NCBI GenBank assembly: GCA_963747545.1
Contig: CAVVFQ010000008.1
Location: 855,719 to 919,718, forward strand
DNA length: 64,000 nt
DNA from: an uncultured Acidobacteriaceae bacterium
GTDB taxonomy: Bacteria; Acidobacteriota; Terriglobia; Terriglobales; Acidobacteriaceae
Direction: 5' to 3'
A model generated the notes under the pieces. The model did no database searches and was not told the origin of the DNA. It saw only the letters and a list, made by a program, of their open reading frames with translations. How positions within the stretch are numbered: position 1 is the first letter of the stretch; each line of letters begins with the position of its first letter. This document shows positions 17,079 through 27,427 of this stretch, in pieces. The position numbers and the translations under genes are program-made.

Positions 17079-18707
17079 ATGGCAGATAGCGAACAAAACC
17101 CGCTTCGCAGCAATCGGCCGGGCGGCCGTTGGCGCTGGGTCGGCGGAATCGCCCTGGCGTTGATTATCGTGTTTACCGCGGCGACCATTGCGATCTCGCG
17201 CGCCGAGCCAATCCTGCGCGTGGCAGTGATCGAAACCTTGTCTACCAGATTCAAAAGCAAAGTTGAGCTGGATGCTTTCCACGTCTCTTTGCCTAAGGGA
17301 CTCCAGGTCTCGGGCGGTGGACTCAGAATTTTCGGGGAGACTGACCCGAACAATCATGAACCCGGAGTTCAGCCGATTATCAATGTTGAAGAATTCGAGT
17401 TTCGCATGGGCATTTTGGCTTTTTTTCACTCTCCCATGCATGTCGACACGGTGTACGTAAAAGGATTGCGATTGAACTTGCCGCCACGGGAGCACCGCGA
17501 CGAGATGACGAAGATGGAGCCCAAGGGGGGAAAGATAGAGATCGTTGTGGATCGATTCGTCTGCGACAAAGCGCAACTGATCGTCAATACCCTGAAACCG
17601 GGCAAACTGCCGCTGGAATTTGATATCGAGAGTTTGAAAATGACGACGATCGGGCCCGGTTCACCACTGCATTTCGACGCGAACTTGACTAATCCCAAGC
17701 CGGTGGGGAAGGTCCTCTCCAGCGGATCGTTTGGCCCATGGCAGGCAGACAGTCCGCGCGACACTCCGGTGAGCGGAACCTATTCGTTCAGCCATGCAGA
17801 CTTGGGCACGATCAAGGGCATCGGCGGGATCCTGTCGTCCTCCGGCAAATACGCTGGTGTTCTTGACAAAATTGTTGTGGATGGCGCAACCGACACCCCT
17901 GATTTTCGCATTGCCACCAGCGGCCGAGCCGTGCCTCTGCATACGGATTTTCACGCCATCGTGGACGGAACTAACGGAGACACATACCTCCAGCCAGTGA
18001 AGGCAAGAATTCTAACTTCCTGGCTGGTGGCAAATGGCTCAGTGGTGCGGACAAAAGATCCCCAAGGCCACCGTGTGGAACTGGACGTCGTTATTGAAAA
18101 AGGGAAAATCGAAGACTTGCTGAAACTCGCGATACACACCGATCCGCCGATCATGACTGGCATGGTTCGTTTGAAGACAAAGCTTGACCTGCCGCCCGGG
18201 GAGCCCGATGTTGCCAATCGCTTGAAGCTGGCCGGCAACTTTGAGGTGTCCGGGGCACAATTCACGAACGACAAAATTCAGGGAAAGATCGACGCGCTCA
18301 GTAGGAGAAGTCAGGGCAAGCCCAAGCTCGATCAGGACAATATTCCCGACACCGCACACTCGGACCTGACGGGCACGTTCGACCTCGACAATGGCCTCGT
18401 TTCATTTTCGCAGTTGGAATTCCGGGTCCCTGGCACCCGAGTCGATCTCACAGGCACATATAGCCTGGACGGAAAGCAATTCGATTTCCACGGCAATGTG
18501 CGCATGGACGCCAAGCTCTCGCAGATGGTGACAGGATGGAAGTCAATTCTGCTGAAACCGGCGGACCCATTTTTCAGCAAGAATGGTGCGGGAACTGAAA
18601 TCCCGGTCAAAATTTCCGGCACGGAGTCAGAGCCTCACTTCGGCACGGATTTTGGGCACAAGGACGACAGCAAGAACGACACACAGAAATCCCCACCCCA
18701 TGAATAA
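17079..18707 (+). CDS. AsmA-like / large exported envelope protein with N-terminal anchor
   Basis: ATG 17079 (MADSEQ). Anchor WVGGIALALIIVFTAATIAI. Long beta-rich body resembling the AsmA/DUF748 style. Weak family call. Confidence 0.5.
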   Translation: MADSEQNPLRSNRPGGRWRWVGGIALALIIVFTAATIAISRAEPILRVAVIETLSTRFKSKVELDAFHVSLPKGLQVSGGGLRIFGETDPNNHEPGVQPIINVEEFEFRMGILAFFHSPMHVDTVYVKGLRLNLPPREHRDEMTKMEPKGGKIEIVVDRFVCDKAQLIVNTLKPGKLPLEFDIESLKMTTIGPGSPLHFDANLTNPKPVGKVLSSGSFGPWQADSPRDTPVSGTYSFSHADLGTIKGIGGILSSSGKYAGVLDKIVVDGATDTPDFRIATSGRAVPLHTDFHAIVDGTNGDTYLQPVKARILTSWLVANGSVVRTKDPQGHRVELDVVIEKGKIEDLLKLAIHTDPPIMTGMVRLKTKLDLPPGEPDVANRLKLAGNFEVSGAQFTNDKIQGKIDALSRRSQGKPKLDQDNIPDTAHSDLTGTFDLDNGLVSFSQLEFRVPGTRVDLTGTYSLDGKQFDFHGNVRMDAKLSQMVTGWKSILLKPADPFFSKNGAGTEIPVKISGTESEPHFGTDFGHKDDSKNDTQKSPPHE

Positions 18708-18861
18708 GCGCGGCAGAGCAGCGGTCGTGAGAAGCGTAGCGCATGACGAGTCTCCGATGCGTACGGTGAATGCTGTACATGCCGATCAGAATGGATTCGG
18801 GGCACGATTCATGCCACACTTCAACGATAAGGATTTCAAAATGACGCTACCCAGGGGTCGA

Positions 18862-19416
18862 ATGAAAACACATCTGAGCTGGAGTTTCACAATAGCTGTA
18901 TGCGCGCTGCTCACGGCAAACGTCGCGCTCCCTCAGGAGACATTGAAACGGGACAGTGGCGCAACCGTAACCATTGTCACTGCGGGCGATATATCGGTCA
19001 CCCGAGCGGCGGACGGCAGGGCCGCAGTGTCAATCAACTTCGTTCCGGGCAAAGCGAAATCAGGCGACACAAGAATTACGATTTCAGGCCCGTATTCGTT
19101 AGATGTGAACGGAGGCGTGAAGGAGGTCACAGGTCCTCAGGGGGTCGAACTTCATGTGCTGAGTCATGAAGAATTGCGATTCGAAGCTCCGGAGATCAGC
19201 TTATGGGAACAATCACACAAATTTTCCCAATCCTCCGCATGCAGCAAGATCCCGAAGTTTCCCGGATGTGGTCATCCAGTTTGTGACCAGCCCGACCACC
19301 CGGGGGATCAGTGCAGGTATAACAGCGGTTCCGGCTGCTCTTGTGTGGCCCCTGGCGGCGGCCCATGCTCGCAGAGTGCAATCCCTCCGCAAGAGCGCAA
19401 ATTACCGGGTGAATGA
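18862..19416 (+). CDS. Hypothetical exported protein with Cys-rich C-terminus
   Basis: MKTHLSWSFTIAVCALLTANVALPQ signal. Alternative ATG at 18841. Last ~50 aa carry 8 Cys (CSKIPKFPGCGHPVCDQPDHPGDQCRYNSGSGCSCVAPGGGPC). Confidence 0.45.
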   Translation: MKTHLSWSFTIAVCALLTANVALPQETLKRDSGATVTIVTAGDISVTRAADGRAAVSINFVPGKAKSGDTRITISGPYSLDVNGGVKEVTGPQGVELHVLSHEELRFEAPEISLWEQSHKFSQSSACSKIPKFPGCGHPVCDQPDHPGDQCRYNSGSGCSCVAPGGGPCSQSAIPPQERKLPGE

Positions 19417-19508
19417 AACATTGCCCACGCTTCACACGGTCTGGCTGGATCAACGATTGTAATCGCGGTATTATGCCAGTTAACAGAAAAGCCACTAATT
19501 GTGTCGAC

Positions 19509-20534
19509 TCACTTGTCCCATGCAAAAATCTGCTTCCAATCGCTCTTCATACTGATCACGGTCCAACCCTTCGCCTTGGCCTCGTCGTACAAAGCCTGAG
19601 TGAATTTGCCGACATGGGTATCGGGCAGCCCTTGGGCGGGGCCATAGGCATATTCTCGCTGCGCGTCGTCGTGCAGCACCAGCATCTCCAACGAGGCTCC
19701 GCCGACCCCTTGGGTGTACTCCAGCATCTGCTGGTCTCCGGTTGAGTTGCCAAACGCGGCGTGCGGCCGCTTGCCAAGGAAAAGGTTGATATCTTTCGCC
19801 TTGCCCGCATTATTGTTGTTTAGTAAAAGCGTCTTTGTCCGCACCAGGAAGGGTTTCCCGTCCTTGTCGTATTCGTATTGAGTTTCCAGCGCGGACCCGA
19901 TTACTTGGTCCGTCGGGACGCCGTACACCTGCTGCGAATATACGCGCACGAACTCCTGTCCGCCTCCAGTGACAATGTATGTCCGGTACCCGTTGTCGCG
20001 CAGATACCCCATTACCTCCAGCATCGGTCGGTACACCATCTGCGGATATGGTCTGTCGAAGCGCGGATGCTTCGCAGTCGCCATCCACTTCTGCACGAGG
20101 GATTGGAACTCACTCACGGGCATGCTGATTTCGGTCGCATCGCCGATGGTTTCGAGGTCCTGGCTGGTGGCCTTCGCCATCGCCTCCACGTCGCCGATGA
20201 GCAATCCTTTGAGAAACGGATTTGTACTCCATTCCGGATGTTGAGGGGCAAGAGTAGCCACGCGGCTGGCGGAAAATATCAGTTGCGAGTACAAGGGCTG
20301 CTCGACCCAGGTTGTACCGTCCTGGTCGAAAGTCGCGATGCGGTCCTCCGGCGGGACAAAGTTCGGACTCGATCGGGCGGTGGTGACGTGCACAAAATCG
20401 AGGATGGCCTTCTTCGAGATTCCCTCATTCCATGATGGCAGTGGATCATCTGCCGCTCTGGCCACACGACTCATGGCTCCCACGGCGGCAATCGCTGCGG
20501 ATGTCTTCAACAACTCTCTTCGGGTGATCTCCAT
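19509..20534 (-). CDS. HAD-superfamily hydrolase with twin-arginine signal (putative secreted phosphatase)
   Basis: GGGAGGGG RBS then MEITRRELLKTSAAIAAVGAMSRVARA. HAD motif I FDQDGT. Late GNSTGDQQM motif. Confidence 0.7.
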   Translation of the reverse strand: MEITRRELLKTSAAIAAVGAMSRVARAADDPLPSWNEGISKKAILDFVHVTTARSSPNFVPPEDRIATFDQDGTTWVEQPLYSQLIFSASRVATLAPQHPEWSTNPFLKGLLIGDVEAMAKATSQDLETIGDATEISMPVSEFQSLVQKWMATAKHPRFDRPYPQMVYRPMLEVMGYLRDNGYRTYIVTGGGQEFVRVYSQQVYGVPTDQVIGSALETQYEYDKDGKPFLVRTKTLLLNNNNAGKAKDINLFLGKRPHAAFGNSTGDQQMLEYTQGVGGASLEMLVLHDDAQREYAYGPAQGLPDTHVGKFTQALYDEAKAKGWTVISMKSDWKQIFAWDK

Positions 20535-20696
20535 ATCCCCTCCCATTTCGGCATTCGCGGGACCGAACCGCTTCTGCTCCGTCGGAAACCTCGGAGACGA
20601 TCTGCAAAATGAGGCCATTTCGCCAACGCCTTGCAAATAGATTGGCGGGAGCGAACGAAATCCTCTACCAAGAGAACGCGGCTTGAAGACATCCTG

Positions 20697-20876
20697 CTAA
20701 GCGACCGACTGTTCCGTGACTGTAAGGGCACAAACAGGTGGAAGGTCGCACTCACACGCAATCTCTACTTCCTTTGATCCCGCATCCTCGCACGATTGAC
20801 CGCAATATTTTTGTCCTGCCGGTACCACGCAACGGCAGGGTAGGTGGGCACAGGTTTTCGTCTCGTTGATCGACAT
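20697..20876 (-). CDS. Small Cys-rich protein (59 aa, 9 Cys; metallothionein-like, function unknown)
   Basis: GGAGG 7 nt upstream of ATG 20876. CAHLPCRCVVPAGQKYCGQSCEDAG...IACECDLPPVC. Confidence 0.45.
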   Translation of the reverse strand: MSINETKTCAHLPCRCVVPAGQKYCGQSCEDAGSKEVEIACECDLPPVCALTVTEQSVA

Positions 20877-21106
20877 CCTGACCTCCAGCTTAACGGGGCA
20901 AGCGTATAGGCAGTGGCCGCCCCGGCAACCTGTCAAAATGGACAGTGATGCGCAGAAGAACATCAGAACCTAGCGGGGATTGTTGACGGGCGACAACTCG
21001 TCGCCGGCGTGCAGTTGCATAGCCAGAAAAAGGAATGCCAAGATCAGCACTAAAAAATATAATGCCAGGACTCCTGGCAGCAACCAATCACTCCCTCCAC
21101 ACTCTC

Positions 21107-21523
21107 CTATTTGATGACCAGAACCAACGCGGCAGGATTCCCGTTGATCGGACACCCCAGAGCCTGAGACCTCACTGAAATCTTCGCACTACTCCCGCCG
21201 CCAAAGTTGTCAAAGGTATCCTGAGTGATCGTGGTCTGAAGGTGGCGTGAGTCCATGAACGTGGTCTCCAATGTGCTTCCATTCCATGTGATCTGTGACT
21301 GGGGAGTGAAGCCCTTTCCCACCACTGTCAATGGAACCGAATTCACGTCGCTAGGAATGCTAATCGGCGAAAGTGAAATAATTTGAGCTTGTCCCACACC
21401 TTGACAGCTCTCAAACCCCACAAAGCAACTCCAGCCAGATAACAGCAGAGTCAAGACTGCGACGAGGGCGATGAGGGTGACACACCGGAAGGGCTTACTG
21501 CGATTAGCAAGGGAAGAACGCAT
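21107..21523 (-). CDS. Membrane-anchored IPT/TIG-like domain protein
   Basis: ATG 21523. Anchor VTLIALVAVLTLLLSGW. IISLSPISIPSDVNSVPLTVVGKGFTPQSQITWNGSTL resembles an IPT/TIG beta-sandwich. Confidence 0.45.
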   Translation of the reverse strand: MRSSLANRSKPFRCVTLIALVAVLTLLLSGWSCFVGFESCQGVGQAQIISLSPISIPSDVNSVPLTVVGKGFTPQSQITWNGSTLETTFMDSRHLQTTITQDTFDNFGGGSSAKISVRSQALGCPINGNPAALVLVIK

Positions 21524-21775
21524 ACCAGCCGCCCTTTCACGAGCGGTTGAGATTGTACATCCAAATGGCGCGTGGCACACCCCTGTAACTTTTGACAGTT
21601 TTAAACGCGTCAAAACTCCCTATGCTGCCTTTGATCCTCTTCTGAGTTTAAAACCGCTTAGCCATCCCCCCGCCCAGGAAGATTGTGGGCGGGGGCTTTT
21701 TTGTTTCAGGGCTCGGCGGCCCTTTTCAGCCCACACGCAGCGACTGTGGGAATCGCATCATGTAATCTTGCAGAC

Positions 21776-23326
21776 ATGCAGCTGGAAACAACGAATCAGT
21801 ACGCGGTGCCCCCGGCTTCTGGCCGCGACCAATCGCCGTGTAGACTGCGGACTCCGGTCTACGAATGGGGATCGTTGGCCCTCTTGGTCCTGCTCGCAGG
21901 GGCACTGCTGGTCTATCCAGTTCTGCGGGCCTTTTCCGGGGTCCAGGTCGGCAATTACAACGAAGGCTGGAATGTCTACAACGCGGTCACTGCGGATCAT
22001 CATTTGCCGCTCTACGGCCACAAATACGGCTGGACGACCGTGAATTATCCGGCGCTATCGTTCTACGTAGTTGCCTGGCTGCATCGAACCGGTCTTAGTT
22101 ATCTGGCTGCTGGCAGAATGCTAGCTCTGGTCTCCCTTCCCGTATCCTGCTTGCTGGTTGGCCTCGTCGTCTGGCAGTTGAACCGCGACTATCGTTCGGC
22201 CCTATTCAGCGGTCTCTTTTGTTCGGCGGTCTTCTGCATCGCGGCGAACGAGTACATCGGCTATAACGATCCGCAGATGTTTGCGCAGGTTTTTTTCTTA
22301 TGCGGTTTCCTGGTGTACATTTTTGGGCCCCCACGATTCTCCCGCTTGGTGCTGACGGCCCTGCTGTTCGTGGTCGGAGGCAACATCAAGCACAGCCTGG
22401 TTGAGTTTCCGCTGGCTGTGCTGGTCGATTTGGCATTCGTCGGCGGGAAGAGGGTTCTGCAATACCTGTCGATTTCGGCTGTCCTCGTAGGTATTTCGAT
22501 CTATGCAAATACTATGGTCGGCGGACCCTTCTTTGTATCGAATATCCTGAGCCCACGGTCGTATCTGTTCAAGAAAGCCATTCTCCAGTTTTTGGAGTAT
22601 GGTTTTGGGCCGGTGCCGCTGGCTATGATAGCTGCCTTGATCTGGAGCGCGGCAACGCTTGCCGGCAGGTGGAAGGACAAGAGACCTCGGGTTCTGGCCA
22701 TCCTCTTCCTCGCTTCGTTGCTCGTCGGTGCTGCTTCCGGCGGTGTAATCGGGGTTTGGGTGAATAGTTACTTCGACATATACCTATCCCTCTCGATGAT
22801 CGTGGGGCTCCTCATGCATCAGGTCTGGCGGGGGCAAATCGGCGACGGACACACGTGGGTCAAAGTTGGCGCGCCAGTAGCGCTGCTCCTGTCGTTCGTG
22901 CCGACCTGGGCCGCCGGGGCCCCGCTTTTCGGTAAGGCTATTTCGGACTTGCCAGAGCAGCAACAGCAGTTTCACTCTGAGGTTTCGTTTCTGCGAGATC
23001 ATCCGGGACCGGCGTTCTGCGAATCACTGCTTCGTTGCTACGAAGCAGGTAAGGCCTACGAATACGATCCGTTCAACAGCGCCAACCTGGTAAAACTTGG
23101 CAAGCTGGACGCGGCGCCTCTCCTTGACCGGCTCAGCCGGGGCGAACTTGCCGCCGTACAGCTTTGTTGTTCGCTTGACTTCCTCAAAGGGGACGACGAC
23201 CCGTTTATAATCCCGCAGACGCTTGCGGTGCTGCAGACCTCTTATGAATTGAGTCTCGCACACGAGGGATGTTATATATACACCCCCAAACACGCGCCCG
23301 GCGGTCCGGCGAGCCCACTACGATGA
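21776..23326 (+). CDS. Polytopic membrane protein, GT-C-like putative glycosyltransferase
   Basis: ATG 21776. About 10-12 hydrophobic segments plus a C-terminal soluble domain. No precise family recognised. Confidence 0.5.
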   Translation: MQLETTNQYAVPPASGRDQSPCRLRTPVYEWGSLALLVLLAGALLVYPVLRAFSGVQVGNYNEGWNVYNAVTADHHLPLYGHKYGWTTVNYPALSFYVVAWLHRTGLSYLAAGRMLALVSLPVSCLLVGLVVWQLNRDYRSALFSGLFCSAVFCIAANEYIGYNDPQMFAQVFFLCGFLVYIFGPPRFSRLVLTALLFVVGGNIKHSLVEFPLAVLVDLAFVGGKRVLQYLSISAVLVGISIYANTMVGGPFFVSNILSPRSYLFKKAILQFLEYGFGPVPLAMIAALIWSAATLAGRWKDKRPRVLAILFLASLLVGAASGGVIGVWVNSYFDIYLSLSMIVGLLMHQVWRGQIGDGHTWVKVGAPVALLLSFVPTWAAGAPLFGKAISDLPEQQQQFHSEVSFLRDHPGPAFCESLLRCYEAGKAYEYDPFNSANLVKLGKLDAAPLLDRLSRGELAAVQLCCSLDFLKGDDDPFIIPQTLAVLQTSYELSLAHEGCYIYTPKHAPGGPASPLR

Positions 23327-23480
23327 GTCGGCAAATGGATCGGCTATCGGCCCGGGAGACTCGTGTAATATCTTAGGAAAGGAAAAATGAAGGAGCAGAT
23401 ATCTAAGTCCGCAAAGCGTCGAGGATCTCCAGAGAAAAGCGGAATGCTTCGCCACAGCTCCACAGCTCTCTAACCGCCGC

Positions 23481-24791
23481 ATGATGACCAGTGAACCGAT
23501 AATACTCAAGGCGCCGGAAACCGACTCCAGTCGTGGTTCGCACCTGAGCTCTCACCTGATTTGGGCCGTTCTGGCAGGTTTGGCGCTGCGCCTGGTAGTT
23601 GTGGCTTTCGTCTATCAGGATTTTCTGGTCCCCGACCGCGATCACTGGGAGTTCGGCTTCGAAATCGGAAAGATTGCTAACTCCATTGCCAACGGCCATG
23701 GATTCAGCAATCCGTATTGGATCGAAACTGGGCCTACGGCGCTGATGACTCCAGTGTTTCCGTATCTGATGAGTTTTGTTTTCTCATGGTTTGGAGCTTA
23801 TACCAAGGCTGCGGCGTTAGTGGTTTTGAGCTTCAATAGCCTGGTTTCAGCTCTTACTTGCATTCCAATTTTTTTCCTGGCCCGAAACAGCTTCGGTCTT
23901 AGAACGGCTATTGCGGCGGTTTGGATTTGGGCGTTTTTCCCTTATGCCGTCTACTTCTCCGCCAACTCGATGTGGTATCACAGCTTCGTCGCTCTGCTTC
24001 TCACCTTGCTGCTTTGGATCGCTTCGTATCTGGAAACCCGTACTCAGCTTTGGATGTGGGCAGGCTTTGGATTTCTCTGGGGGGTGGCGGCGCTCACTAA
24101 CCCCATAGTCTTAGCGGTTCCGCCGTTTCTGGGCGGTTGGGTTTGCTATCGGCTGCACCGCAACGGAAAAAACTGGAAGATGCCTGCGGCAACCGCCGCG
24201 TTTGCGCTCCTTGCCGTTCTTGCACCTTGGCTGGTTCGCAATTATCGGGTATTCGAACAACCCGTGTTCCTGAAGGATAACTTTTGGATGGAAGTTCGTG
24301 TCGGCAATCTGGGAAATGGTCAGCACTGGTGGAACGACTCTTACCATCCTGCCGCTAACAACGCGGAGTTGGGTGCATTCCGCCAACTGGGTGAGCTGGG
24401 CTACATGATTAGGGCCCGTCAGGAGGCTGTTGCATTCATTAAGAACCATCCTGGAATTTACTTGTGGCGCTCGATTCGCCGCGTCGTTTTCATGTGGACC
24501 GGCTTCTGGAGCCTCGACCCGGAATACCTGCGCGGAGAACCGTTCGATTTGGCGAATATTTTCTTTTGCTCCATCTTCACAGTCGTGGCTTTGACGGGTT
24601 TATACAAAGCCTTCCAGAGTTCATGGACTGCAACGATGCCGTATGTTTGGATCTTGCTTGCGTTTCCGGTGGCTTACTATCTCACTCATCCAGAGATTTC
24701 CTTTCGGCAACCCATGGACCCGGTGCTGGTGATTTTTGCTTCATTCGCCGTATTCTCTCGCCAGAGCCGGAAGAACGCTGCAAGCAGCTGA
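23481..24791 (+). CDS. GT-C fold glycosyltransferase, family 39/83-like (ArnT/PMT type)
   Basis: N-terminal TM then a periplasmic loop DRDHWEFGFEIGKIANSIANGHGFSNPY, followed by many TM segments, as in ArnT/PMT-type enzymes. Confidence 0.6.
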   Translation: MMTSEPIILKAPETDSSRGSHLSSHLIWAVLAGLALRLVVVAFVYQDFLVPDRDHWEFGFEIGKIANSIANGHGFSNPYWIETGPTALMTPVFPYLMSFVFSWFGAYTKAAALVVLSFNSLVSALTCIPIFFLARNSFGLRTAIAAVWIWAFFPYAVYFSANSMWYHSFVALLLTLLLWIASYLETRTQLWMWAGFGFLWGVAALTNPIVLAVPPFLGGWVCYRLHRNGKNWKMPAATAAFALLAVLAPWLVRNYRVFEQPVFLKDNFWMEVRVGNLGNGQHWWNDSYHPAANNAELGAFRQLGELGYMIRARQEAVAFIKNHPGIYLWRSIRRVVFMWTGFWSLDPEYLRGEPFDLANIFFCSIFTVVALTGLYKAFQSSWTATMPYVWILLAFPVAYYLTHPEISFRQPMDPVLVIFASFAVFSRQSRKNAASS

Positions 24792-24829
24792 TTCCTTGAA
24801 AAAGGGGCGCGATCGTCTCAGGGTGACAA

Positions 24830-27427
24830 TCAGAAGAGAACGTCGAAATCGAGCACAGCTCGCCGGTCATTGGTCCCAAAGAATTCGCCATACTGCGGAT
24901 CCGCGATGTTCGAGTGCACCTCGAGCGGATTAAAGTGGTTGGTCAGATTGTGGACAGTACAGGAAAGGCGCACGGCGTGTTTCGGGTCGACTTGAATGTC
25001 TTTCGAAACTCGCAGGTCGAGAGAGAAATATCTTGGGAAGCGATATTGGGGACCGTAGGTTGCAGCCACGTACTGCTGGTATACGTCGGTTGGCTGGTAA
25101 GGGAAACCGTTACGAAGCTCCACGTGTGGCGTCACCACGATTTTTTTCGGAAAAGCGTACGAGCCCCACAGCAGAAACCGATTGGGAATTTCACTGGGCA
25201 AACTTGCTATGAGGTTATTGCGCACCACCGGGAAAGGGTAGTTTCCCAGGTACGAGTTGGCATCGCTAATGTCGCCCTCGGCATATTGCCGGACGTAGGA
25301 AAAGAAAAACTGGCGGTTGGAAACCCCTCCAATCCGCGCCGTGAACTCCGCTTGTCGCGTGTGCGCCGAGCCCGAATCCCCGAGCACAAACGCATTCTGG
25401 CTCTGCACGACTTCCGGCTGCAAAGTGATCATGTTCTGTTCGTGGCTTTGAAGGTACTTCACACGAAGCAGCAGAAAGCGACTCACCGTGCGCTCGAACG
25501 CGACATTCCAGGCTACGCTGTAGGGAGCAAAGTTACCGCTCTTCTGCGCACTGTCGATAAACGGAAAAGTCGATTGCGCCGCCTGTGCGGTGAGGTTGAT
25601 GTATTGCACCGGCGGTCCGACCGGAACGCCGAACAAGTTGTAGGTGGTGATCGTCTGCTCGGGATAGCTGTTGAATGCATAAACATCGAGCGGGACGGAA
25701 TCGTAAAAGACGCCGATACCGCCGCGAACCACCGTTTTCCCCGAATCAGGAGTCCACCCGAAACCAACGCGTGGCGCAGCGCGCGTGGTATAGGTAATGG
25801 TTTGAGCTTCGAGGCGGAGACCGGCGTCGATCGCCAGATGAGAATTGAGCACCCAGTGGTCCTCGGCAAATGCAGCCGGCTCCATGTCGGAAAGGTCGTA
25901 GGCTCCCGCTCCGGAGAAATTGATCTGCTGCAGGAGTTGGCCGCCGGCGTTGTTGATCAGAACCGGACGGGCGTTAAAGTAGCCCACATTTTCGCTATGG
26001 CCGACCACCGTTCCAACCTTGAAGGTGTGCTGCCCGGCGAAATGAAGGGTGCGCGGTGTCCACTCTTCAATCCATTCAAAACGAGTGGCGCGACGCGATT
26101 CCTGGCCGAAGTAGTTGCCCTGGTTTCCGATCGGAGTCAGTACCATGTCGGCCGTTCCCTGCGCCGTTATGCCACTGCTCACCACTCTGCTCGATACCGT
26201 GCTCTGCAAGAGCCCCCCGCCGATGGCCAGCCGGTCTGTGAGAGTGGCGGTCGTTTCGTGGAAATCGGCGTTGGGCGTTACCGGCTGCGGATTGAAGTAA
26301 TCCAGTCCAGCATACTGCAACGTATGCGGAGCGAAATGGAAGCTGCCGGTTAGTGTTTGGTTGGGAGAAACGATGGCGTCGATTTGCGTGAAAGAGTTGA
26401 ACGCCGTCGAGGTACTGAGGCTCTGGGCAAACGGCAAGGTGTGAACCTCTTGCTTGTCGAGCAGGTACTCGGCGCCCTCAAGGAAGTACAGGCGGTCGGA
26501 GATGATGGGGCCGCCCACATTGAATCTAGGAGCGGCATCCCTGACACCGTCCAGGCTCCCGCTGCGGATGAAAAAGTCGGGAAACGGATCATTCAAACTG
26601 TAATCCCACTTGTCACCGCCGCGGCGCGTGTCCGCCGCGACTACACCCGCGGTGAAGCGCCCATACTCCGCAAGGTAGGGCATCTCCGACACTTCGATGG
26701 TCTGCACGCTGTCGATCGGGACACTAAGTCCAAAGCCCCCGGTAGCGGGATCGGTCACATCCACGGAATTCACCAGCAGGGCGCTATGGTCCTCGCCGAA
26801 CCCCGCGATTCGCACGCTCCCGTCTGGGCCGCGCACGATTCCAGGTATCAGCGGCAGTGCATCCGCCACTGTCGCTGGGCGTAATGGAGTGTCCGCGGCA
26901 GCCGAGGGAGCCAGGGTTGTGGCGCCGCTTGAGGTTTCGGTTATCGGATTGGACGCCTCGCCTTTGACTTCCACGCTTTGCTGACTCAGTGCAACGGAAC
27001 TGAGCACGACATCGACCGCGATATCACTATCGCCATTGTTATCTTTGGCGCTGCCTTCGCTGACTTCCAAACCGGTCTCACTGGGGAGGTAGCCCTTCTT
27101 TTGAATGCTTAGCGCATAGGTCCCAGGGACGGTGACCGTGAACGTCACTTTTCCCGCGGCATCTGTGCTGGCGGTACTTACCAGCTGATCGCCGATCCGA
27201 GCCTCAACCGTCGCATCAGCCGCAGGCAGGTTCTTTTCGTCACTCACCGAGACGTGGATAACCCAGGGGCGAGAATCGGCGGCTCCAGAAGTACCGGGCA
27301 GGCAACAGATCGCCATGCATAGCAGGAATGCGCTCGCGACCGCTTTGCGAAACGGGGCGGACGCTGATCTCTGCCCAATACTGTCAAATCTCATTCGCAT
27401 GCGTATGGCAAGAAGGAATAGGTTCAT
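24830..27427 (-). CDS. TonB-dependent receptor with N-terminal carboxypeptidase-regulatory-like domain
   Basis: Signal peptide. VSVSDEKNLPAADATVEA...GKVTFTVTVPGTYALSIQKKGY (CarboxypepD_reg style). Plug-like VDSVQTIEV. Beta-barrel ending in terminal Phe (DFDVLF). Start among several Met codons. Confidence 0.8.
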   Translation of the reverse strand: MNLFLLAIRMRMRFDSIGQRSASAPFRKAVASAFLLCMAICCLPGTSGAADSRPWVIHVSVSDEKNLPAADATVEARIGDQLVSTASTDAAGKVTFTVTVPGTYALSIQKKGYLPSETGLEVSEGSAKDNNGDSDIAVDVVLSSVALSQQSVEVKGEASNPITETSSGATTLAPSAAADTPLRPATVADALPLIPGIVRGPDGSVRIAGFGEDHSALLVNSVDVTDPATGGFGLSVPIDSVQTIEVSEMPYLAEYGRFTAGVVAADTRRGGDKWDYSLNDPFPDFFIRSGSLDGVRDAAPRFNVGGPIISDRLYFLEGAEYLLDKQEVHTLPFAQSLSTSTAFNSFTQIDAIVSPNQTLTGSFHFAPHTLQYAGLDYFNPQPVTPNADFHETTATLTDRLAIGGGLLQSTVSSRVVSSGITAQGTADMVLTPIGNQGNYFGQESRRATRFEWIEEWTPRTLHFAGQHTFKVGTVVGHSENVGYFNARPVLINNAGGQLLQQINFSGAGAYDLSDMEPAAFAEDHWVLNSHLAIDAGLRLEAQTITYTTRAAPRVGFGWTPDSGKTVVRGGIGVFYDSVPLDVYAFNSYPEQTITTYNLFGVPVGPPVQYINLTAQAAQSTFPFIDSAQKSGNFAPYSVAWNVAFERTVSRFLLLRVKYLQSHEQNMITLQPEVVQSQNAFVLGDSGSAHTRQAEFTARIGGVSNRQFFFSYVRQYAEGDISDANSYLGNYPFPVVRNNLIASLPSEIPNRFLLWGSYAFPKKIVVTPHVELRNGFPYQPTDVYQQYVAATYGPQYRFPRYFSLDLRVSKDIQVDPKHAVRLSCTVHNLTNHFNPLEVHSNIADPQYGEFFGTNDRRAVLDFDVLF

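Noticed and set aside
20970-21155. 61-aa ATG-initiated version of the small hydrophobic ORF
   Set aside because: The ATG version overlaps the end of the IPT/TIG-like gene by about 49 nt and adds a non-hydrophobic leader. Only the shorter TTG 21083 version, with its GGAGGG RBS, is discussed, and only as a hypothesis.
24914-26353. 479-aa ORF antisense to the TonB-dependent receptor
   Set aside because: The minus strand carries the receptor's beta-barrel with terminal Phe. This frame is Arg-rich noise.
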